64,000 nucleotides of DNA, taken from assembly GCA_963820525.1 (NCBI GenBank), contig CAWGAA010000001.1:285299-349298 (forward strand), written 5' to 3'. The DNA is from an uncultured Spirochaetota bacterium. Lineage in GTDB: Bacteria > Spirochaetota > Spirochaetia > SZUA-6 > Fen-1364. Positions 19,434-28,549 of this stretch are shown here, piece by piece. The notes beneath the pieces were generated by a model that did no database searches, was not told where the DNA came from, and saw only the letters and a list, made by a program, of their open reading frames with translations. Both the position numbers and the translations under genes were made by a program. Numbering within the stretch: position 1 is the stretch's first letter; each line of letters begins with the position of its first letter.

Positions 19434-19895
19434 ATGTCAAAAGCGGAAGGCGTCAAGGTACTGGCCGTCAACAAGAAGGCCAGGTTCAACTATTCGATCG
19501 AGGAATCCTTCGAATGCGGCATATCTCTGGTCGGTACGGAAGTGAAATCCATCAAGGAGGGAAGGCTGTCCTTCGCCGACTCCTACGGGCAGGTTGAAAA
19601 CGATGAGCTGTGGCTCGTCTCGTTTCACGTCACGCCGTACGCGTTCGGAAACCGCTACAACCTGGACCCGATGCGAAAACGCAAGCTCCTGGTACACAAA
19701 AAGGAGATCAAGCGCCTCAAGAGGATAACCGAGGAGAAAGGCTTGACTCTCGTTCCACTCAGATTCTATCTTAAGAGGGGTCTCGTGAAGTGCGAGCTGG
19801 GCATTGCTCGCGGGAAAAAGCTCTTTGACAAGCGCCAGGATATCAAGCGGCGCGATCTGAAGAGAGAGGTTGAACGCGAGTTCAGGATCAAGTAA
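19434..19895 (+). CDS. smpB: SsrA-binding protein SmpB
   Basis: 153 aa (KVLAVNKKARFNY ... RGKKLFDKRQDIKRRD), immediately upstream of the tmRNA. Confidence 0.9.
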   Translation: MSKAEGVKVLAVNKKARFNYSIEESFECGISLVGTEVKSIKEGRLSFADSYGQVENDELWLVSFHVTPYAFGNRYNLDPMRKRKLLVHKKEIKRLKRITEEKGLTLVPLRFYLKRGLVKCELGIARGKKLFDKRQDIKRRDLKREVEREFRIK

Positions 19896-19935
19896 GGCCC
19901 TCCCGTTGTCTGCTTCGCAGATTGCTGACGGGCTA

Positions 19936-20282
19936 GGGGGTGCAACGGTCTCGACTGGGGTCGGTTCGGTCATGGGCTGCAGGTGGAGCGCCAATCTCCT
20001 AAAAGTGGCAAAAACAAAACTGCCAATAACGCAGATTTCGCACTGGCCGCTTAATTGCGACCACGGGTCTCTGGAGTGTGGTCCCGAACATCCGGAGGTG
20101 CCCGCAACAAACCGGGGCTTACCTTCTCGCACGCCTGTGGGCGAGTAGGGAAAACAAAGCAGGCTCGGGCGGGAAGCGGGATGCCGCCTCCCAAACTCCC
20201 CGCCGAGATCTAACGGGCGGATAAACCTGTAGAGGTTCATGGTCAACACTCCAGGACGCGGGTTCGACTCCCGCCACCTCCA
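19936..20282 (+). ncRNA. ssrA: tmRNA (SsrA), tag peptide ANNADFALAA
   Basis: 5' GGGGGUGCAACGGUCUCGACUGGGG pairs with 3' GGACGCGGGUUCGACUCCCGCCACCUCCA (tRNA-like T-arm). The internal frame GCC AAU AAC GCA GAU UUC GCA CUG GCC GCU UAA runs 20022-20054. Confidence 0.85.
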
Positions 20283-20354
20283 TAAAGAAAAGTGGGCTGA
20301 CCCGGCAGTGCCGATACATACAATAGGTATAAGCACGGGTAAAGGGACGAAATC

Positions 20355-21638
20355 GTGAGCGAGTTGGCCATGAAAAGCGGGGGCGGACCCTCCCCTCGGC
20401 AGTGGATCTGTCCCGAATGCGGTTTCGACGTAGACGGCCGCGAGGCGTGCCGCGTATGCGGCTATGATCCTCGGCGGGACCTCTGCACCCCCGCGGCCGG
20501 CGCGGAAGGCAATCGCTTCTCCTTTGTCTATATCTTCTGTCTTGTCGCGGTGTTCTCGGTCCTCTTCATCGTCACGGATCTCTCGGTCAAACATCGGCCG
20601 CCTGCCGCATCCCTTGCTTCGGCCGCCGCGCAGAAAACAGTGGATCCTCCCGCACCGACGCCCCAAGCGCCGGCTCCACAACCCGCGGCGCCGGCGCCCC
20701 AGCCCGGAACGCCGAAACCCCAACCCGAGGCGGGGCCGCAACCGCCGGCTGCGCTCCAACCCTCTGCGCCTGCACCTCCCGAAAATCGGCCCAAACCTGC
20801 AAAGCCCGCGGCGCCTCGCAGAGCTGCCGCCGTCGTCGATGTCGGAAAACGGATCACCCATCCCCCGCTCTCCGATCGCGAATCATACGTCTCCTGGATG
20901 CTCGAGCATACCAGCCAGAAGGAGAGCTTCCTCCGCGGACGCTGGGATCGTGCCCAGGCCATCCTTTCGTTTGATGGGATCAATAACCAGCGCGTCCTGG
21001 AGGCTTTCCTCCTCACTCCGAGGGAATACTTCTGCAGGGACATCCGGCGCGCGTATGAGAGCGCCGCCCTTCCCATCGGATACGGACAGACGATTTCCGG
21101 GCCCCACATGGTTGCCCGAATGACCGATTACCTCAACCCGCTTCCCGGACAGAAGGTCTTGGAGATCGGTACAGGCTCGGGCTACCAGTCCGGCGTGCTC
21201 TCCGAGCTTTCCAACCATGTCTACACGATCGAGATCGTGGCCGCCCTGGCCGAGGAGACTGATCAGATCTACACCCGCCTGGAGAAGAGCTTCCCCGAAT
21301 ACGGCAATATCCGGCGGAAAGTCGATGACGGGTACTACGGATGGCGGGAGTATGCCCCCTTCGACAGGATCATCGTAACATGCGGAATCGACCACGTTCC
21401 GCCCGAGCTCCTCAAGCAGCTCGCCCCGAATGGGATCATGGTGATTCCCGTCGGCCCCCCATCCGGCCAGACGATCATGCGCATCGTCAAGCGCGTCGCG
21501 AGCGACGGGACGGTGAGCCTCGACCGAGAAGACATCTACCATGGCAAGAGGAAGGAGATCTTCGTTCCCTTCACGGCGCGCGAGGGCGGAGTGCACAGCG
21601 GAGGTTCCGGCGCGGACGAGGAGAAGGCCACTCAGTGA
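20355..21638 (+). CDS. pcm: Protein-L-isoaspartate O-methyltransferase fused to an N-terminal zinc-ribbon, TM helix and Pro-rich linker
   Basis: The C-terminal 210 aa are a PCMT fold (VLEIGTGSGYQS). The N-terminus has CPECG...CRVCG, one TM helix and a PAPQPAAPAPQPGTPKPQP tract. A GTG start is inferred. Confidence 0.8.
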   Translation: MSELAMKSGGGPSPRQWICPECGFDVDGREACRVCGYDPRRDLCTPAAGAEGNRFSFVYIFCLVAVFSVLFIVTDLSVKHRPPAASLASAAAQKTVDPPAPTPQAPAPQPAAPAPQPGTPKPQPEAGPQPPAALQPSAPAPPENRPKPAKPAAPRRAAAVVDVGKRITHPPLSDRESYVSWMLEHTSQKESFLRGRWDRAQAILSFDGINNQRVLEAFLLTPREYFCRDIRRAYESAALPIGYGQTISGPHMVARMTDYLNPLPGQKVLEIGTGSGYQSGVLSELSNHVYTIEIVAALAEETDQIYTRLEKSFPEYGNIRRKVDDGYYGWREYAPFDRIIVTCGIDHVPPELLKQLAPNGIMVIPVGPPSGQTIMRIVKRVASDGTVSLDREDIYHGKRKEIFVPFTAREGGVHSGGSGADEEKATQ

Positions 21639-24208
21639 TGACGCGCGCGCCGACCAGGCTCTCCGATGTGAGGCTGGCTTCGCTGTTCTTCGTCTCCGTC
21701 ACCGTGCTTGCGTTCGAGATCGAGGTCATGCGCACCTTCGCCGTGACCAGCTGGTCCAACTTCGGCTCCATGGTGATCAGCATAGCCCTCCTGGGCTTCG
21801 GACTGTCCGGCACCCTGCTCACCTTTTGCGGCAGGAGCATTCGAAGGAATCCCGACGGGTGGCTCGGCGCGGCGGCCTTCGCCCTCGCCCCCTCCATCGC
21901 GTCGGCCCACACTCTGGCCCAGCGGGTGCCTTTCAATCCCGTTCTCATCGCCTCCGACATGTCGCAGCTATGGTGGGTGGGCGCCTATTATCTTGTGTAC
22001 TCCATTCCCTTCTTCGCCGGAGGAATCTTCATCGGCGCTATTTTCTCGGCCCTCTCCAGCCGGTCCCACCAACTGTACTTCTGGAACATGCTGGGCTCCG
22101 GGCTGGGCGGTCTCGCAATCCTGGGCCTCATGTTCATCATTCCGCCGGGCATGCTCATCTTTCCCCTCGTCGGCATTGCCTGCGTACCCGCGCTCTTGTG
22201 CAGCATCCACTGGTCTGCGATCGATGGGCGTTTCCGGCTGAGCCCCCCCGAGATCGTGCTCTCCCTCGGATTGGCCGGTTTGTGCTTCCTGCTCCTGGCG
22301 AGCTTTGGCGGTCTTTCCGTGTCGGATTTCAAGCCGATAAGCTACGCGCGAAAGTTTCCCGATTCCAAAGAGGTGTACAGCTTTTTCAGCCCGCGCGGAG
22401 AGATGCGCGCCTATTCCAGCTCCTATTTTCATTTCGCTCCCGGACTGAGCGACAATGCGAGCATCTCCCTCTCCCAGATGCCGCGAAACGCCTTTCTCGG
22501 CCTGTACACGGACGGCGATGGCCCTGTCGGCATCATGCGCAAGATGCAGCCGGGAGAGGAGGGCTACCTCGATTACCTCCCCATGTCGGCGCCCTACCGG
22601 CTGCTCTCCAAGCCCAAGGTGCTGCTCCTGCGCCTTGGCGGGGGAGCAGGCGTGCACACGGCTCTCCACAATGGCGCCCGCGAAGTCAGGGTGGTCGAGT
22701 CGAACCCGGACCTGATCTCCATGCTTCGCGATGTGGACTTTTTCAAGGAGTACACGGGAGGAATGCTGGAGGACCCGCGGGTGCGGCTGGAAAGCTCCGA
22801 AGTGAGGGCCTTTGCCGGCTCGACGGCCGAGAAGTTCGACCTTGTCGAGATCGGCCTCATCGACTCGATCGGATTGTCCCAGGCCGGAGGGTACTCCGTG
22901 GAGGAGAACTATATCTACACCGTCGAGGCGATCAGGGAGTATCTCTCGTGCCTGGCTCCTCAGGGCATCCTCTCCATCACGGTCTGGGACCGCCTCACCC
23001 CGCCGCGCAACGTGCCGAAGCTTCTCGCCACGGTCGTGGAAGCGCTCAAACAGGCACGGCTGCCAGACCCCGAGAAGAGGATCTATTCCTTCGATCTTCT
23101 TCTCTCAACCGCCACAATCCTCGTGAAGAACGGGGAGTTCATCCCGGCTGAGATCGAGCAGCTCAACTCGTATTGCAAACGGATGTCCTTTGAAGTCGTC
23201 TACTACCCCGGAACGCCGCCGGGGGCAAAGAGCTTCGACCAGATCCTGGACGTCTATGGCGGCATCTATGGACAGGCGGGACGAGCCGCTGCCTCTCAGA
23301 GCAGCGCCCAGGGAATCGACCTCATCCCCGGCGACCTCTACCATTTCTCGTTGCTGTGGCTGCTCTCAGGCCGGGAAACCGAGCTTTTCGACCGATACGT
23401 TTTCGATATCCGCCCCGCCACTGACGATAAACCCTATTACTCGGGATACATCAAGCCGCGGACGCTCCCGCTCCTCATTCACCGCATCGGGGAGTTTTCC
23501 GAGGAATGGGGATACATCCTTCTTCTGGCAACCCTGGTCCAGTCCCTTATCTTCGGCTTTCTGATCATCCTCGTGCCCCTTACCCTTCGATGGCGGGAGC
23601 TGTTCAAGGGCAGGAGGGGGACTTTCGGAGTCATCCTGTACTTCGCTTGCCTGGGGCTCGGATACATGATGGCGGAGATATTCCTCATCCAGCGCTTCGT
23701 GTTCTTCCTTGCGGATCCCGTCTATGCCAATGCAATCGTGCTGACCGTGCTGCTCATCTCCTCGGGATTCGGAAGCCTCGTGAGCGAAGGTCTGAAAATG
23801 GAGAGAAACGCCGCGGTTCGCGCGGCGGCCGCGGGGATCGCCGCGTTGGCCGTCTTCTATTTTTTCGGTCTCCCCTGGCTGCTGCGGGAGCTGCTCGGCG
23901 CGTCGCTGCTCGTGAAAGCGGCTCTCGCGGCCGTTTTCATCGCCCCCATCGGGCTTTGCCTCGGTTTTCCCTTTCCCTGCGGCCTTGCTGCCCTCTCGGA
24001 ATCGCGCCGCGAGATCCTGCCCTGGGCATGGGGGATGAACGGCGCCCTTTCTGTGACAGGCTCGGTTCTCACGAGGGTGATCTCGACATCCGCGGGATTC
24101 TCCATAGTGCTTGCGGCAATGGCAGGGCTCTATCTCTGTGCTGGACTTCTCTTTTCGGCGAACGAATCCACCATCCGCATACCCCGCATCAGGCTGCGGG
24201 CCCGCTGA
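21638..24208 (+). CDS. Polytopic membrane protein with a central spermidine-synthase-like (PABS/SAM-MTase fold) domain
   Basis: The start overlaps the pcm stop (TGATG). It has N- and C-terminal multi-TM blocks. The central domain reads LLLRLGGGAGVHTALHNGAREVRVVESNPDLI...FDLVEIGLID. Confidence 0.65.
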   Translation: MTRAPTRLSDVRLASLFFVSVTVLAFEIEVMRTFAVTSWSNFGSMVISIALLGFGLSGTLLTFCGRSIRRNPDGWLGAAAFALAPSIASAHTLAQRVPFNPVLIASDMSQLWWVGAYYLVYSIPFFAGGIFIGAIFSALSSRSHQLYFWNMLGSGLGGLAILGLMFIIPPGMLIFPLVGIACVPALLCSIHWSAIDGRFRLSPPEIVLSLGLAGLCFLLLASFGGLSVSDFKPISYARKFPDSKEVYSFFSPRGEMRAYSSSYFHFAPGLSDNASISLSQMPRNAFLGLYTDGDGPVGIMRKMQPGEEGYLDYLPMSAPYRLLSKPKVLLLRLGGGAGVHTALHNGAREVRVVESNPDLISMLRDVDFFKEYTGGMLEDPRVRLESSEVRAFAGSTAEKFDLVEIGLIDSIGLSQAGGYSVEENYIYTVEAIREYLSCLAPQGILSITVWDRLTPPRNVPKLLATVVEALKQARLPDPEKRIYSFDLLLSTATILVKNGEFIPAEIEQLNSYCKRMSFEVVYYPGTPPGAKSFDQILDVYGGIYGQAGRAAASQSSAQGIDLIPGDLYHFSLLWLLSGRETELFDRYVFDIRPATDDKPYYSGYIKPRTLPLLIHRIGEFSEEWGYILLLATLVQSLIFGFLIILVPLTLRWRELFKGRRGTFGVILYFACLGLGYMMAEIFLIQRFVFFLADPVYANAIVLTVLLISSGFGSLVSEGLKMERNAAVRAAAAGIAALAVFYFFGLPWLLRELLGASLLVKAALAAVFIAPIGLCLGFPFPCGLAALSESRREILPWAWGMNGALSVTGSVLTRVISTSAGFSIVLAAMAGLYLCAGLLFSANESTIRIPRIRLRAR

Positions 24209-24225
24209 AGCCGCACGCGGGCGGA

Positions 24226-25131
24226 TCAATCCCCGGCGAAGACTTCCTTTTTCTTTTCAGCATCGGAACCCTCGAGCTGGGGAACCTGGGAGTACCCTTC
24301 GAACTTCAGGGACGCCCGCACTCTCTTCAGAAGCTCGGAGCGCGCAATCTTTCCCGCCGAATCCCTGACATGCTTGCAGAAGAAATAGGTGAAAGCGCCG
24401 TTCGGAGCGCCGCCGATCTCGGCATCGGAGGAGTACTGATCCGAGCGGCACGCGGCCCAGAGGACGTGGTTGATTGGAGTCTTCTCCTTCAGCCGTGCAA
24501 GGACCCCGAATCTTCGAAGCGGAAGCCCTTCGGCAAAGATCTCATCCGCGCGCGCGGCGATGTCGGCCGGAGGGATCATGTAGCGGTTTCGGATGCACAG
24601 GGCGCTGGACCAGAGGTCCTTCTCCGCGTTTCCCGGATGGAAGCCCTGGGAGATACCCGCAAGCCGGTCTATGGCCCGCCTGTCCATGACGAGCTCCCGG
24701 GTTCCGGTGCCGGAGTGGCATGAATCCAGGATCACCTCGAGGTGAACCCCGCTTTTCATGCCGGAAAAGATCTCTGAGAAATCGTCGTCGGAGATGTACG
24801 ACCCGCTCCAGTCGAAATCGTAGGGACAGATGATCTCGTCCTTCCCATCTGAAAGCTCGTCGCCCTCTTTGTCACGCACCTGAGATCCATGTCCCGAGTA
24901 ATGAAAAACGAGGATATCCCCCTTTGCCGATTTCGCGATCCGGGCCTCAAGCTCGTTCATGATGGCGCTTTTTGTCGCCCGCGAATCCTGAAGCATCCTG
25001 ATGTCTGCGGGAAGGAACCCGAAGTACTTCACGAGCGCGTCGTAGACGTTGGTGATGTCGTTGAGACATCCCTGGAGGTCGTTCTGGACACCGGGATAAT
25101 TGTTTATTCCGACGAGAAGTGCTGACTTCAT
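24226..25131 (-). CDS. Caspase-family (peptidase C14) protease, metacaspase/orthocaspase-like
   Basis: His-Cys dyad motifs HYSGHGS and DSCHSG in the right order. 301 aa with no extra domains. Confidence 0.75.
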   Translation of the reverse strand: MKSALLVGINNYPGVQNDLQGCLNDITNVYDALVKYFGFLPADIRMLQDSRATKSAIMNELEARIAKSAKGDILVFHYSGHGSQVRDKEGDELSDGKDEIICPYDFDWSGSYISDDDFSEIFSGMKSGVHLEVILDSCHSGTGTRELVMDRRAIDRLAGISQGFHPGNAEKDLWSSALCIRNRYMIPPADIAARADEIFAEGLPLRRFGVLARLKEKTPINHVLWAACRSDQYSSDAEIGGAPNGAFTYFFCKHVRDSAGKIARSELLKRVRASLKFEGYSQVPQLEGSDAEKKKEVFAGD

Positions 25132-25201
25132 GGGATTGATCGTACCATTTCGAGCCTAGCAGCACAAGAAATAACAAGTACAGCTGAAGCTCTTTGAATC
25201 A

Positions 25202-26137
25202 TCAGCCCATCTTTTCAAGGAACCACGAATATGTCCTGTGTATGCCCTCTTCGAGCCTCGTGCCGGCTCTCCAACCCAGCGAGCTCAAGCGGCTGACATC
25301 GAGCAGCTTCTGCGGTGTCCCATTCGGCTTCGAGCCGTCGTAGATAAACCGTCCTCCGAACCCGACTTCCCGCGCCACTGTCTGATAGAGCTCCGCGATA
25401 GAGCAGTCTTCTCCGGTCCCCACATTGATGATCTCTCCGGCTTGCTTGTAATCGCAGTGTTCCATCAGGAAGAGCGCGGCTTGCGCAAGGTCTTCCACGA
25501 ACAGAAACTCCCGGCGCGGCTTCCCGTCTCCCCAGATCGTGACATCTTTGCCCTGCTTTTTCGCCTCGTGAACCTTCCTGATCGCGGCGGGCAGGACATG
25601 CGATGTCGCCGGATTGAAATTGTCTCCCGGGCCATAAAGATTCGTCGGCATCGCGGAGATGAAGTTCGTGCCGTACTGTTCATTGTAGTAGCGGCAGAGC
25701 TTGATAGCCGTGATTTTCGCAATGGCATAGGCTTCGTTTGTAGGCTCGAGCGGCCCCGTGAGCAGGTACTCTTCCCGGAGGGGCTGGGGAGCCATCTTCG
25801 GGTAGATGCAGGAAGAGCCGAGGTTGAGAAGCTTTTCCACGCCGTTTGCGTATGAAGCGTTTATGACATTCGCGGCGATCATCATGTTGTCGTAGATGAA
25901 TTCGGCCTTGTAGGTGTTGTTGGCGAGAATCCCCCCCACCTTGGCAGCGGCCAGGAACACATAGCGGGGCTTCTCCCCGCGAAAGAACTCGTCCGCGGAG
26001 CTCTGGTTCCTGAGGTCAAGCTCATCGAGGTCGCGCGTAACGATATTCTTGAAGCCGGCCGCATCCAGGGCCCGGCAGATGGCCGAACCGACAAGGCCGG
26101 TATGCCCGGCAACAAAGATCTTTCCCTTCTTATTCAT
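25202..26137 (-). CDS. fcl: GDP-L-fucose synthase
   Basis: N-terminus [13 protein letters not shown], an SDR fold and 311 aa. It is adjacent to gmd. Confidence 0.9.
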   Translation of the reverse strand: MNKKGKIFVAGHTGLVGSAICRALDAAGFKNIVTRDLDELDLRNQSSADEFFRGEKPRYVFLAAAKVGGILANNTYKAEFIYDNMMIAANVINASYANGVEKLLNLGSSCIYPKMAPQPLREEYLLTGPLEPTNEAYAIAKITAIKLCRYYNEQYGTNFISAMPTNLYGPGDNFNPATSHVLPAAIRKVHEAKKQGKDVTIWGDGKPRREFLFVEDLAQAALFLMEHCDYKQAGEIINVGTGEDCSIAELYQTVAREVGFGGRFIYDGSKPNGTPQKLLDVSRLSSLGWRAGTRLEEGIHRTYSWFLEKMG

Positions 26138-27215
26138 GGTAGTTCTTCACCTCGAATCCACCTTTCTTGAGGTATATTTCCCGCTCAGCGGCCTCACGAT
26201 CAGCCTTGACCATCATTTCAACGAGCTCGTCGAAACGCACGGTCGGCTCCCATTTCAGGAGCTTTTTTGCCTTCGATGGGTCGCCGAGAAGCTGGTCCAC
26301 CTCCGCGGGCCTGAAGTAGCGCGGGTCGATCTGGACCAACGTCTTCCCGTTCGCTCGATTGATCCCCTTCTCCTCCACGCCGCTGCCGTGCCACTCGATC
26401 TGCGCGCCTGAGGCCGCGAAGGCGCGCTCGACGAACTCCCGCACCGTATGAGACTCTCCCGTTGCGATGATGAAATCGTCAGGCCTCTCGGCCTGCAGGA
26501 TCATCCATATGGCCTCGACGTAGTCCCCCGCGAATCCCCAATCCCTTTTGGCGCCGAGGTTTCCCAGATACAGCTTCTCCTGAAGCCCGAGGGCTATCCG
26601 CGCGGCTGCGCGCGTGATTTTCCGGGTCACGAAAGTTTCCCCGCGGAGCGGGCTTTCATGATTGAAGAGGATCCCATTGGAGGCGAAAATGCCGTAGGAC
26701 TCCCGATAGTTCACCGTGATCCAGTACCCATAGAGCTTAGCGACGCCGTACGGGCTCCTGGGATAGAACGGCGTGGCTTCCGTTTGGGGTATTCTCTGAA
26801 CCTTGCCGTAGAGCTCGCTCGTGGAGGCCTGGTAGAAGCGCACTTTCTTCTCCATGCGGAGAATCCTTATCGCCTCCAGGATGCGAAGCGGCCCCAGCGC
26901 GTCGGAGTTGGCCGTGTACTCCGAGGTCTCGAAGGAAACGTGCACGTGGCTTTGAGCGGCGAGGTTGTAGATCTCGTCGGGCTGGATGTCCTGGATCACC
27001 CGGATGAGGTTCGTCGAATCGGTGAGATCCCCGTAGTGGAGGAAGAACCTCACCCCTTTTTCGTGGAGATCCCGATACAGGTGATCGATCCGATCCGTAT
27101 TGAAGGAAGACGAGCGGCGTTTGATCCCGTGCACGGTATAGCCTTTTCCCAGGAGAAACTCCGAGAGGTAGGCGCCGTCCTGACCCGTGACACCGGTTAT
27201 GAGAGCTACTGGCAT
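26130..27215 (-). CDS. gmd: GDP-mannose 4,6-dehydratase
   Basis: N-terminus [19 protein letters not shown] and 361 aa. Confidence 0.92.
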   Translation of the reverse strand: MPVALITGVTGQDGAYLSEFLLGKGYTVHGIKRRSSSFNTDRIDHLYRDLHEKGVRFFLHYGDLTDSTNLIRVIQDIQPDEIYNLAAQSHVHVSFETSEYTANSDALGPLRILEAIRILRMEKKVRFYQASTSELYGKVQRIPQTEATPFYPRSPYGVAKLYGYWITVNYRESYGIFASNGILFNHESPLRGETFVTRKITRAAARIALGLQEKLYLGNLGAKRDWGFAGDYVEAIWMILQAERPDDFIIATGESHTVREFVERAFAASGAQIEWHGSGVEEKGINRANGKTLVQIDPRYFRPAEVDQLLGDPSKAKKLLKWEPTVRFDELVEMMVKADREAAEREIYLKKGGFEVKNYHE

Positions 27216-27318
27216 AGTGACTCCTTGTCAGTGTTTATCCAGGATCGCGAGTTCATGATCTGGCACGTTCGGAGTGTTCAACCTATGAACACTATATGAA
27301 TTCAGGTGAAAATGACAA

Positions 27319-27801
27319 GTGCAAGAGCACCTTTCCCCGTCCCTTTACAAATCCTTGCCCATCCGATATCTCATAACGAGCATGGCAGCTACACCAAAGC
27401 CCAGCCGGCCAGGCCGCTCGCTGCGCGACAGGGCCCGAGAAATGAGGAACGAAACGCTCGCCATCTCCCTGGCATGCCGGGACCCACGCGTGCCCTGGTA
27501 CGCCAGGGCCCTGGCAGCGGTGATCGTCGGATATGCTCTGAGCCCCATAGACCTGATTCCCGACTTCATCCCCGTGCTTGGCTACCTCGACGATCTCATC
27601 CTCATCCCGCTGGGAATCGCGCTTTTGCTGCGGATGATCCCCGTGGAGGTCATGGAGGAGGCGCGGGAAGCGGCCCGAAAGCGGTTTGCGTCCGGCAGCC
27701 CCCGAAGCAGGATTCTGGCGGCGCTCATTATTGCGGCCGCATGGGCGGCTGCCGCGTTCCTGGCTGCCCGCGCAATCTACCGCGCATTCTTTCGGAGGTA
27801 G
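27319..27801 (+). CDS. YkvA/DUF1232-family small membrane protein
   Basis: Carries the [17 protein letters not shown] signature. The true start may be the internal Met at 27385. Confidence 0.55.
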   Translation: MQEHLSPSLYKSLPIRYLITSMAATPKPSRPGRSLRDRAREMRNETLAISLACRDPRVPWYARALAAVIVGYALSPIDLIPDFIPVLGYLDDLILIPLGIALLLRMIPVEVMEEAREAARKRFASGSPRSRILAALIIAAAWAAAAFLAARAIYRAFFRR

Positions 27802-27803
27802 CG

Positions 27804-28511
27804 ATGGGCACGCTTTTCATCATCGCCACGCCAATCGGGAACCTCGAAGATATAACGCTGCGCGCAGTCAGGGTGCTGGGCGAAGTTGGCGCGCTGGCAT
27901 GCGAAGATACCCGGCGGACCCGCATCCTTTACGAGCGGCACGGGATCAAGAGCCCCGGCATCATCTTTTCCTACCGCGAACAGAACGAGGATTCCGCCGG
28001 ATCCCGCATCCTCGGCCTGCTCGGCCAGGGGCTTTCCGTCGGCCTCTGCTCCGACGCGGGATATCCGGCCATCAGCGACCCCGGCTACCGGATAATCTCC
28101 CGGGCCATTGCCGAGGGGCACCGTGTCGAGGTGATCCCCGGCGCTGGCGCCGTATCCGCCGCCCTCCTCTCTTCCGGCCTGCCGACATCGAGCTTCACGT
28201 TCAAGGGCTTCCCCCCGAAAAAGCCGGGACTGCGCAGGCGGTTTCTCGCCATGGAGAAGGATGCTCCGCACACCCTGGTGTTCTACGAGTCGCCATTCCG
28301 CATCGCCAAGCTGCTCGCCGATGCGCGCGAGGTTCTCGGCAACAGGATGGCCGCGGTGTGCGTCGAGCTCACCAAGCAGTTCGAAAAGGTCCACCGCGGG
28401 ACCCTGGATGAGCTGTGCCGCCAATTCGAGGGCAAGAGCGTGAAGGGAGAGATCGCCGTCGTCATCGCGGGCAGCAACCCCAAGTTCACCTTCGAACAGC
28501 CGGAAGATTGA
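27804..28511 (+). CDS. rsmI: 16S rRNA (cytidine1402-2'-O)-methyltransferase
   Basis: N-terminus MGTLFIIATPIGNLEDITLRA. A GGAGGT ribosome-binding site lies 4 nt upstream. Confidence 0.88.
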   Translation: MGTLFIIATPIGNLEDITLRAVRVLGEVGALACEDTRRTRILYERHGIKSPGIIFSYREQNEDSAGSRILGLLGQGLSVGLCSDAGYPAISDPGYRIISRAIAEGHRVEVIPGAGAVSAALLSSGLPTSSFTFKGFPPKKPGLRRRFLAMEKDAPHTLVFYESPFRIAKLLADAREVLGNRMAAVCVELTKQFEKVHRGTLDELCRQFEGKSVKGEIAVVIAGSNPKFTFEQPED

Positions 28512-28549
28512 TTGACACTCCCGCCGTGCGGCCCTAGTATGGCCTCACT

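Noticed and set aside
19437-20861. A 474-aa minus-strand ORF spanning smpB, the tmRNA and the pcm start.
   Set aside because: It overlaps a confidently identified smpB and tmRNA. Its translation is Arg/Gly-rich with no domain signatures.
21541-23151. A 536-aa plus-strand ORF in an alternate frame of the spermidine-synthase-like gene.
   Set aside because: It sits in the same region as a membrane protein with a coherent TM/PABS pattern. The alternate frame is Arg/Pro/Gly-rich junk.
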